Source of the DNA: Catajapyx aquilonaris | Lineage: Eukaryota | Reading direction: 5' to 3' | Length of the DNA: 64,000 nt | NCBI GenBank assembly: GCA_000934665.2 | Contig: KZ538511.1 | Coordinates: 1 to 64,000, forward strand | Position numbers and translations under genes: made by a program | Notes under the pieces: model-generated | Databases searched by the model: none | Seen by the model: the letters and a program-made list of their open reading frames with translations, nothing else | Told to the model about the DNA's origin: nothing | In this document: piece by piece, positions 25,671-36,252 of the stretch | How positions within the stretch are numbered: position 1 is the stretch's first letter | Layout: each line of letters starts with the position of its first letter

Positions 25671-28600
25671 ATGGGCGGCATATGTAGTACCTGCTCTGGC
25701 AAAAAATCTAAATTATCCAGCACCACTTCAATGCGCGAGGATAGTAGTCCCCCTGAACACCAGGTTGAATGGGATCCACATCATGAGCCTCAACCAGAAG
25801 AAGCTCATGAACCTCTACCAGTACAGTGTGACAGTGTCGATTATCGCAAAGAATCCGTCACTTCTTCACTAACTATCGAAGTCCCCAGTACAGATTATCG
25901 CAAAGAATCCGGCACTTCTTCAACTATTGACGTCCCCAGTACAGATGAAGCCTTCACTGACACAGTGAAAGTACCTCGTCCGAAACAGAAACGCACAACA
26001 GAACAGTACTGCCGTTCAACAGAAAATCATATTTGGAAGGATATGCCGTCCACGTCAGAGCACATCTATTACAGTGGAATGTCATGTCCTGACTTACATC
26101 ACCAACCGGACAGCGGTATTGATACCGAACACCGAGGAAGCACTGCGGGAAGCAGCACCCATCACTTTGGTTCGGTGTCGGCCACAAATGTCCAAATAGG
26201 CGACAAGACTAACATAATTGTGCAACAGCCACCAGAACCAATAAATTACGAAGGTAAATATAAATATTATATCCTCAATATTATATCGGTCTCCACTAAC
26301 AACGACCCTCCAACATCTTTTTCAACCTTTCTTGGTCTTCTCTATTCCTCCAGACCTCCGATATATGTCCCTGCGTACTCAAGCCATACATACCTGCAGA
26401 CCTTTAAAAGCAAAGAGGGGGGATCTAGTGGTCGTAAATCATCTTGGGCATAAGTAAAGCTATTTGGAGTTTTACGGCCAGCCTCCGATCCGCTGAGTTG
26501 CCTTTGTGTAATGAGTCTTTTAGTAGGACCCACATTCTCCCTGGGTTAATACTGGGTCTTTTTTAGCACTTTCCGGGAAATACCGAACGTTATTGCCACA
26601 AAGCGGAAGAGCTCTGTTACTCCAGTAATTAGAAGTGTTCGTGCTAGGAACAATACTTGCACTAAATGGGTCCAACTTACTTCAATTTGAATAATGCATA
26701 AATTGAATTTTTAATTTTGGTTTACTATTCAGCGATTGTGCAGCAAATGCAAGGAACTTTGCGTGGATATTACTGCAACAGAGGTGCTATTTTTGTACCG
26801 ATGCCATGGGTAAATGCTGACACAGAATTCAAGATGAAGATTCACTACCTGGAACCTGTAGTAACACACAAAAATCTGCATGAAGTTGAAGAGACTTGTG
26901 GTGCACAGCCAATTGTCAACCTTCTATGCAGAAACTCATCAGGTACAGTCCCGCTCAATCTCTCTTGGTATGCAAATTTCCCCGTCTTAAGCAGGTGTAG
27001 ATATATATAGCCCTGTCATAATCCAGTGGAGTAGCTAAGTTATGTGAATATCAATCACTCCACCTAGACAGGCCCAAGTTCCTGGTTTGCAAACACAGTC
27101 AGGTTTGTCATAACTGATGAATGCAGGAAATTAACCAGTTGGGGGAAGCTACTGCAATGTGACCATCGAATATTATTGATGAAATATGGTTATCAGGCGG
27201 ACGTTGATGGAGATGACTTCTGTGTATTTCCAGGAAGACGCATATTGGTGGAAGGCGATTTAGGGTACGGAAAGAGCACTTTGTTTAAGAAGTTGGCCTA
27301 TGATTGGGCTACTGGGGAGGCTCATCCAGAGCTCCAGAACACTTATGACCTCGTTTTCCTGGTTCCACTGGAAGAAGTTGGCACAAATCTATCAGAATAC
27401 CTTTGTCAGATGGTTGAAACGGTTACGGAGGTGCAGTCAGCCGAAGACATGGAAAAGGTAAATTGTGCTTATAGTGATAAAAGCGAGACAGCTTAAAGTG
27501 ACATTCACCCAATTTACTTGCGGGCAAGTTTTTAATTTCTTCGGACGAAATTATGACAGAAAGAGTTAATATCGATACTAAAGTTCAGTGCGTCATCAGT
27601 TTATCTTCAGGGAAGAGCTCATTAGGTACTGTTCTTACTGCTGAGGATTACAGAGAATTTATAATAATGATATCACATGCATCGCATGACTGTTGCTGAA
27701 AGTAAGCTTTGATGTAACAGTCGGTCGCTTTTTCGCCATACTTTTTACTAATAGGGTCTGTTAATCCCAACAGTGCAGTGCAGTGGTGAAAATTACAGTA
27801 TGACGAAGAACCGACCTTATATTTAACAATAATTTTTGGCATGTAACTCAGTACCTCTTCATTGATGTTTCAGGCACTTAAGTATGTTGGCTCTCGCTTG
27901 CTTCTATTACTGGACGGTTATGATGAATTGACGGAAGACGAAGCTCAACGCTCCGTAAGGAAAGTGGTCCAATGCAAAATGTTTCCAAACGCTGCCTTGG
28001 TCCTTAGTACACGCCCTGTTCCTGCTCAGACAATGCTTCACTGCGATTTCAATGACAACATTTTTGCTGTGCGAGGATTCAGCGAAGAAAGCATCCGGAT
28101 GTTCATAAGCTCTTACTTTAACGGGGAGAACTCGGAGCAAAGATCCAGAAGTGCTGAGCTTGTCATATGTGGAAATCTAAGCCCCGTGAAACATTTGGCC
28201 ACTTGTCCAATGCTTTTGTATCAATTGTGCCACTTGATTGATGATGAGCTGGGAGTGTTGCCGACTACACTGACAGAATGTTACAAGGTGAAATATTAGC
28301 TGTCTCTGATGTCATTATATTGCTATTATGATTAGGTACTGCATTTAGCATATCGTTTTTTTTTGTACGTAATAATATTTGTTACTTCATATGAGTGAAG
28401 CAGGCTACTAACTGTGCTCTAATGTAATATAGGCAAACTATTATTTGTATACGTTCTGCATAAATCAGCTTTACAATTCCCTGAAAGTCATATTGACGTC
28501 ATAATGATGGATTTAGAAGTGGGAATTGGTTTTTTCACTTCAAAATTTTTAAAAAGTCTCATAGGTACACGAAGCTCTAAGTAATCTTCCCATGCAGTAC

Positions 28601-31600
28601 ACTACATTATTTTTATCCTGTCAGGAATCGGTTTTTAACGTAAATTTTTAAAATTAATCCCGACCCCCGTGGGTCTGAAATCAACTGAATTATAAACCCT
28701 ACTAAAAGGGTGATTCGCAGCCTACATTAAGTCCATATCAATAGTTTTTTAATTGCGGTAACATAATGATGACCAAACATAATCTACCCTTCGATACAAA
28801 ACTGATATTCCAACTAGCTTCTTCCGGTTTAGATGGTTCTCTTCATTTAGCATCAGTTATGATGAGTGTTTGTTCCTCTACTGTCTACTCTACTGTAATG
28901 ATACTAATCTTCCTTCATTACAGGAACTTTTGAAAAACAACATAAGACAAGGACTAGGACCTTTAGACATAGAATCGAAGGAAAATGTCAAGAGAGTACT
29001 TGAGACTCTTGGAGGTGTGTGTATGGATGCCCTTCAGAATAACCGCCTTGCATTTAAGGAGTCCGAAATGCAGCCTATTCGCGTCATGCTATCAGACGCA
29101 ATAGGATGCCCGTCTGGAAAACTAGCCAGAAGCAACGAAGACATTTTGTTGAGACTGGGCATCCTTAGCCACCAAAGAACTGTGCGAAACCGGGTCACTA
29201 CTATAAAGTTCCAGGTCATTCACAAATCGTTCTCGGAGTTTTTGGTTGCTCAGCATTTGACAGCAAAAGCTGGATCTACCCAACAATTTTACAGAAAAGT
29301 CGGCCACATTGTCAACCGGTAAGAGCCATTTACTGCTTCTAATCCTGTATGTTGCGTTAACTACATTTGCACTGTTTTGGTTACAAACAACGGCTTGTTT
29401 GTTCGCATAGCCTACATAAACTATGGAACAAATAGTGTTTGTATACTGACTGCAAGGTTGTTTCACATTTTTCTTGCCACAGCTTTGTTCTCTTACTATA
29501 TACTGTAAAAGAAAGCTACTTATGGGAACCCATGAAAGAAAACCATCTCCGTTTGTGCCGCATTCAACTTTGACATTGAGCTGCACCTCCAAATGTGCAA
29601 CAAAAAAAACCAGACCGAACTCCCCCTTGACCCTAACATTGAAAAGCGCTGAATTGACAAAGAAACCAACCTTGGAGTTTGGTCCAGTGTAGCAGCCGCT
29701 TCAAGAAGCGATCCGGTTGCCAAGCAACAGCTAATGGACACTCCAAAGCTTTGCACAAAAGGGAAACAAGCCCTCTCTGATCGGGGGGGAAAAAAAGCCC
29801 CATCGTCCTCCGCAAAGAAAATGGTGCGAAAGAACCTCTAAGGAGAAGGAATGGGATAAGGCAGCGAAGTAACACCAACAAGGCTTGCGGTGAAATACTA
29901 ACTATACTCTAGTTGCCACCATCCAACTACAAGTTTGGGCCCACCTAATGCCGCTGGGAAATCGCCAGATAAGTTCGTCAGCCTCATGATGCAGAGACTC
30001 TCGTTACAGTGACTGTTCAAAATCAGGAGGCACACTTGGAGGTGGCAGATTGTTTTTGCAGTGAAAGAAGTTACCAACTTAGTAAACTGCACCATCTGCC
30101 AGGAGAAATTGTGACGAGTTTTAGACAGATATTTATAGTCTCAAAAATAATTAAGCCGCAGGTGGCTATTTTATAGAGCATTAAGGAATTTCCCCCTGGA
30201 GATAATCCTTTCTCAAAGTTCTATGCGAGATATTCAAATTAATGGCTTAGTTTTCAGGCCAGCGACCCCGTGCCTTAAACCTTATTCAACACCTAGGGAA
30301 AGTCTATTTTACTAATCTAAAATAGGACTTAACTTTTCCTAAGCCAGAAAGAAAATGAGAGCCAGATTAATTAACAAAAGTCACCGTAGAGACACCGCAA
30401 CCGTCGTATTTTTAGACCACGTTCTTATGAAAAGGAGAGGAAGTTTTATTATTCCGGCTGAAAAGTTTATCGCTCTGAGAGAAAGTTTCGTACCACTGAA
30501 AAAACCCACCATCAGTGGTGGTGAACTTATTTTCATCTAAACTTGACTCATACTGTACTGTACAGTGTTGGACATCGCGTCATACTGCTAGTGACATTTT
30601 CTGATGCGGCAGACGTGCAAATTGAAATGAGCCGTACGAGTAAGAAATGGTAGACATTAGGTGACGTCACTGGCTGGGAACAAGCCATTTCCTCATTGCC
30701 TCCCCAGCCGGTGACGTCACTCGAGGCCTACCTCTTCTAACTCGCACGGCTCCCTCATCAGAAAATGTCGCTTAAACCTTCCCCTGGGTTCTAATACCCC
30801 ACTGGGCCACTGCACTGGTTTCAGGCTTGTCCTAAGCCATGATTGATGCTTCATATTAGTGGCCTGTTGTGCGGCACAGCTGTGCTACCAAAGGTCAACA
30901 TCCAGGCAGGGAAAGAGCCAAAAATTTGGGAGTAATGAACCCTAACGAAAACATGGCCCTAACAGCAGCCTGGGGCCATTTTGATTATAAGCACCCAAGT
31001 TAGTAGGACCCATGGCACGAGATGGATAGCTGTGGTGGCCAACTCGAGAGGGAGCCATAAGGCCAGAGATTAGCCCAGCACTATTTCACCTCCAGCTGCC
31101 ACTCTTTGTTTCCTGGTGGCGGAGGCTTATTGCCCCTTCGATCTGTCCTCCAGATCGATCCAACCTCTCACCACCGGTGGTTCCAAAAAAAAAAACTTAA
31201 GCTTATTTTTTTGGTATTTTTTTTTTGCAGGCTCTCAGAAGGTGTGTACTCCCCTGTGATGACTTTTCTGGCAGGGCTTTTGAGGGACAGACTTGGTCTG
31301 CTCCTTGAAGCCCTAGCCTACTCCCATTGCGTGGTGGAAGGCGATCGACTGTGGGATTTGCTTCAAGAAGCGGAGACTACTACTAACTCCAAGGAAACTC
31401 TAGAGGCGGCAAACCGTCACATTTTGCCAAGGTTAGACAGTGCGACACACAAAAAAAAATATTGCAATTTTGCGATGTAAGATGAAAAAAATAATTTCGG
31501 AACAGTCTGGATGTTAATCATAAATCACACCTGGTTGACAGTAATTGCGGCAAGACGCGCAATATTATGCAGGGTCCTATCCTAGCCGTCACCCAGACCA

Positions 31601-34600
31601 GGCTAGGTTTTGTTTAACTTCCGATATTCTGAACAAACGGTGACATCACATGATGAATTTTGAATAGGTCAGGGGCTGAAACCCGTGAAATTACTGAGTG
31701 TGGGCGTGGACTGGCTGGAAATATCTTGAATGGCACCTAGTTCGGTCGGAATTGCTCTGATAATTCTGAGCAGATTTTACGAAATCAGCAACTAATCAAT
31801 TAGGAAAATACGTACCTACTATAATTGATTAAAGCGGACATTATTAACAATTAGAACATTTCAATATGTACAGTAATATTTGGCAATAATGGTGATATAA
31901 TATTTCTGTTCAACAGCTACTTTCATATGAATTCTTGGGAGCATGACCAAGGGCAATACATTGCAACCGTTTTAAGTGCACCATCTTGCCAAGTTGGTCA
32001 TGTACATGCTGATCTTCAAACTTGGAAGGCTGTTCAATCCATTGAAGAATTTCCATTTCCCAAGAACCAATCGATCCACACAGTCACGATCGATGCCCGG
32101 TTTTCTCGCAGGGCTTTGCACGTATGTATATTCTCCCTCTAGTTTTACACCCAATTTGTTACCATGGACCATAAATTAACCTGGCGTGTGGCGAGTAAAT
32201 GAGTGACACATGTTGGCTATCTGAGGCTGACCACCGGAAGTTTCACAGAAACGGTTTATTGGCCACTGGGGTTAGTGTGTGTGTGTAGAGAGAGATAACT
32301 GAAGGTTCATCACTATCACATAAGATGGATTGTAAACGTGGGAAAAGCGAGACGATCCGTTTCTTTGCGACCACCCTTGGGACTATTCGTCATATGCCGG
32401 AAGAGCTATTTTTTGCTTTTCTACCCTACTATTCAGGTGAACAGGAAAAAGAGGGGCAATAAATTCAACTAACCGGAAATGTGCAACGTTCAATCCTGAC
32501 TCAGATTTTTTTTTTGGAACAGTCTCGTATATCCGGGTCATTGATTTCGTATCAACTCGCTTATCTCCACGTCCATATGACTTTATTCCAAATAGCTAGA
32601 GGCAAGATTTTGAGTGTTTCTGATTACATTTTAGGCGCGTTTGTGTAAAGTACAGATTGTGATGGAAACGCCATAGGCTACATCTTGTTCGAGAGTGAAG
32701 ATGCATATAACAAAAATGGATCATTCCAACATCTACAGGAGAGAGTTATACAGAGGATACTGGATAAACCCAGATTGGAGGAACTTGCCATCATTTGCCA
32801 GTACGATGAAGAAGCCTTGAGCATTTGTCGGGACATCTCCAGATCCGATTCTCTTCGTCGATTGGCACTCTTGTTTCAAACTCCTCGTTGGAAAACCGAG
32901 CTGAAAGCACTCAGGTTAGCAGATACCCAGATTACGTTGGTTACTCTACATTTCTCTGCTCGGTACACGGAAAGTCTGTTTAGATTTCTGGCAAATGACA
33001 CTTTCTCCTGATCGGGTTTCTCCAGTGCCCTGCAGATTAAAAACGAGAGTGGTTACGTACTACTCAGGGAAATGATGTAACGTGATGTTTAGTCTGAATC
33101 GCTGATTGGAACAACATACGCAGGGTTCTGTTTTCCGGAGGGTGCTGGAGAAACCGGGTCTGGAAGAATTCACCGCCATATGTCAGCACGATGGAGAAGC
33201 ATTGACCATATTAAATGACGTAGCTAGAGCCCGTTCACTACGCCGATTGGCCTTCTTATTTCACAGTGCTCGCTGGGGACCAATACTAGGAGAAGACAAA
33301 CTGGCGGCCCTAGAGGTTTCTATGGCTAACTCAAAGGTTAGCAGAAATTTAGGTCATGTAATTACGTGAATGACATATTGGGCACTATTTGTTAGGTGAC
33401 CTCGCTCTATCTTTATCCGCTTGAGTGCTGTACTGAGAACATGGCTTCCTTGGCGATAATAATCACCCTGGGAGTTTTGGAAGAGCTGCATCTCCCGGCA
33501 GTCAAGACGTTCCGGAGTGGTGGAGGAAGCAGAGGAAGAGATCCTCCAGGTCCCATTGCGGTCATGTTCCAAGCGTTATCATCTCCATCATGTCATCTTC
33601 GTCTATTAGATCTCAAACAAGCTGGAATATCCCCAGCTGCATGTTCTGTACTGGCTGATTTGCTGCCCAGAACACGTACACTGCAGGTACAGTTTTTCAA
33701 AATGTTTTACTTACAATCTGCTCAAACACTATTTTTTGTGATTGTAGGAGTTGATCCTTGGGGATATCAACTCGACAGGGTGTCGCTCCCTGTTTAATGT
33801 TGTTCAAGGAGCGACATACAACGGCTCGATACGCAATCTAGATGTGTCAACCTTGAATCCTGGTCCTTCTGTGTGGTTGAGCGATGTCCTGACGACTCTA
33901 GCGAAGGGAAGCATCCAGAAGCTGAACATGTCCGGATGGAGCTTCCACCTGGCACAGCGCGAACTGACCACTCCTCAATCTGCATTGGTCCGATGTCTTC
34001 GTCGTGGTATCCTCCCAGTGCGTCACTTGTTGGTCAGGGGTGCTCAGGTGACGCACACTCCAACACAAGAAGACGAAGTAACAGCGGACAACCTGGACAG
34101 CAAACCAGTCTCTGACGACGATGAAGAAGAGGAGTTGAAGAAGTTGGACGACGACTTAGTAGGGTTTGCCTTGCTAGAGAGGCAAGTGTTTCCAGGAACT
34201 ACGTCTATTCGAAAACGGGTTTCAGTGCAAGAAGTGGCTACCAGCTTGTCAAAATCAGCAGGGGCTATATCAAAGAAGTACAGCAATGAGAACTTCTCAG
34301 GCATGGTCAGGTACGTGGCAACGTAATTATGAGCACCACATCATATTATACGTCTTCACTTTACAATGTTTGCTAATCTGATCGTGTTAGATCGACGGTG
34401 GAATCGTTGGAACGCAGACACCGATTTGGGTCCGACAACAGTCAAGATGAAGACGATGTAGACTCCTACAGTCCGGCACAAATTGTGAAGGAAATAGTGA
34501 ACGTTTTTCGAAACTTGGAGCACCTGGTACTGAATTATTCAGATCTGATGAAGCTGGAAGACGCCGCACCCGGAGTGGTGACTTCCCTTCCCGAATTGAA

Positions 34601-35174
34601 AGGTCTAGGAGTGCATCGTCTGGAGGGTAACGACCAACTGAACTCAGTTGCCCGTCTTCTAACACCAATCGCAGCACGTTTGGAGGTTCTAGAACTCGAG
34701 TTTGAACGTCGAGACGAGCGAATTCCTCAGGAGCCAGACGGTTCATGGGCCATCCTACTGAGGTCTTGCGTCCACCTGAACGAGATCAAACTTGCCCTGC
34801 TTAGAGCTGGTCCTGGAGGGTCAGGAGGCGCGGCAGGTGCTGGGCTATGGCTCTCTGACCATGTGGACCTGCTGTGCACCACGGTCCAGAACCCTGGTCT
34901 TAAACTACAGTTGCGTCTTGGTGAAGTGTTGGCCTCGGAGATTCCGTCAGACTCGCTTGAAAATTGGGCCAATACGCTTGTCAAGTACTTCCGAGGCGCT
35001 GTGTTCCAACTGGTGATGGATCTGCAGTGGTGGCTGCTACCTAAGTGCTTTCCGGCTGTCTTCAGGCACACGCTTTACAAATCTGGTCGTTTCAGGATTC
35101 ACTCGGACGTGCGCTTAAGGAAGGAAATGTGCCAACTTGTTACCGCTACCACCATCTCCGACACTGTTCCGTAA
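25671..35174 (+). CDS. NACHT-LRR (NLR-type STAND NTPase) protein with an N-terminal RHIM-like motif, about 1360 aa, 11 coding exons
   Basis: Phase-consistent GT-AG exons: 25671-26253, 26733-26942, 27234-27457, 27874-28287, 28924-29318, 31231-31431, 31917-32121, 33124-33336, 33396-33686, 33748-34310, 34391-35174 (total 4083 nt). NACHT features: Walker A ILVEGDLGYGKST followed by KKLAYDW, YDLVFLVPL, Walker B LLLLLDGYDE, sensor-1 LSTRP, VRGFS, CPMLL, winged-helix IHKSFSEFLVAQHL and FLAGLL. The C-terminus has LxxLxL repeats (HLRLLDLKQAGISPAACSVLADLL..TRTLQELIL, IRNLDVS, IQKLNMS, LEHLVLN, LEVLEL). Confidence 0.9.
25839..25943 (+). repeat. In-frame tandem duplication (54 + 51 bp) in NLR exon 1
   Basis: DYRKESVTSSLTIEVPST followed by DYRKESGTSSTIDVPST. 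Confidence 0.9.
30591..30771. mobile_element. Palindromic MITE in NLR intron 5
   Basis: Terminal inverted repeat gacattttctgatg/catcagaaaatgtc, with internal mirrored blocks (gagccgtacgagt, gtgacgtcactggctggg). Confidence 0.7.
32739..33011 (+). CDS. Duplicated LRR-type coding segment of the NLR gene (candidate alternative or terminal exon, or decayed copy)
   Basis: ERVIQRILDKPRLEELAIICQYDEEALSICRDISRSDSLRRLALLFQTPRW is homologous to exon 33124-33336 (GSVFRRVLEKPGLEEFTAICQHDGEALTILNDVARARSLRRLAFLFHSARW). It has a phase-0 acceptor (caacatctacag) and a stop at 33009-33011. Confidence 0.5.
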   Translation, partial: ERVIQRILDKPRLEELAIICQYDEEALSICRDISRSDSLRRLALLFQTPRWKTELKALRLADTQITLVTLHFSARYTESLFRFLANDTFS

Positions 35175-35898
35175 TCAGGACTTGATTAGAAGGTAATGCA
35201 AGGCTATGTGCAAGTGCGATACATAAATTTTTTTGATGGAGCTTCTGTGATGAGGTTTACAGGAACTGTGTGAAATGGTACATAAAATAGTATGATGTGG
35301 TACACTTTGTCATTATTTTACCTGACAGCCTCTCGTATGATTTTATTGCCGTTTATCTCGACTCATACTATGATGCAGTTTGTCAAGGAGAATGTTGGCA
35401 TAAAAGTGTAGAGAGGCTGATAATGTTCATCGATCCGAAGTTATTATAGCTATGGGCACAGAAACGAGGGAGAGCGAATCTACAGTAGTTGGAACTACTT
35501 TTTTATTTTGCTAAAAATATTGCTTACATCCTTGTTATGCTTAATTGACTTAGTGTCCATTTCTCGATAAGCCGCCTGCTTTTATAATTTTTCACTATAA
35601 TTAGAATGTATCAATGTGAATGTGCCTTGGCTGCCTATCTCGTATTGGGAAATGTTATGTAATGAATGTTAGACTTTCTCATGTTTGAATGTATTTGGTT
35701 GTGTTATAAGTATTCAAGAATAATTGATCCACTGGATTATAGGATTGTTATTTAATCGGTGTTTTGCTATCATACGCTAATTGCATGCCCGAGTTGAATA
35801 TTATCATGCAGCGTGAGCAGTATTCCACAGATATTGTGGCAGAGGAGCATCTAAAATTTTCCTGTATTTAACCAGTAATTAACCAGTCTGAAAGAGAC

Positions 35899-36252
35899 TC
35901 ACATGTTTGTCGTAATATTATTGGCAAGTACAGTAATTGTTCTTTTCGGTACGAGAGCCAGCTTTTCTGTGTATGAGAAAAAGTCAGGAACAAGTGGAAA
36001 CGCCAACCAAATGGGCCTGTTAAAGGGGTCTGTAAAGTTTGAAGCTTTTGGAGGTTGGTCACTCGTGACTCTTTTATGAGAAATACGTTCGGGCAGTTTT
36101 ACCCCCAAAGTACAGACAGTTGAGTCTTGTGCTATAGATTCAACTGCACGTGTGTGTGGACTTTGAGAAGGGACAGTACCACAATTCCCAAAACTTTCAA
36201 CCAGCATCAGGACCAATATCATCAAGTAGGTAAGCAAATGTGACAGTTTCAT
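35899..36252 (-). CDS. Possible small secreted protein (117 aa)
   Basis: ATG start with a signal-peptide-like N-terminus MKLSHLLTYLMILVLMLVESFG and two KR sites. No recognisable family. Confidence 0.25.
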   Translation of the reverse strand: MKLSHLLTYLMILVLMLVESFGNCGTVPSQSPHTRAVESIAQDSTVCTLGVKLPERISHKRVTSDQPPKASNFTDPFNRPIWLAFPLVPDFFSYTEKLALVPKRTITVLANNITTNM

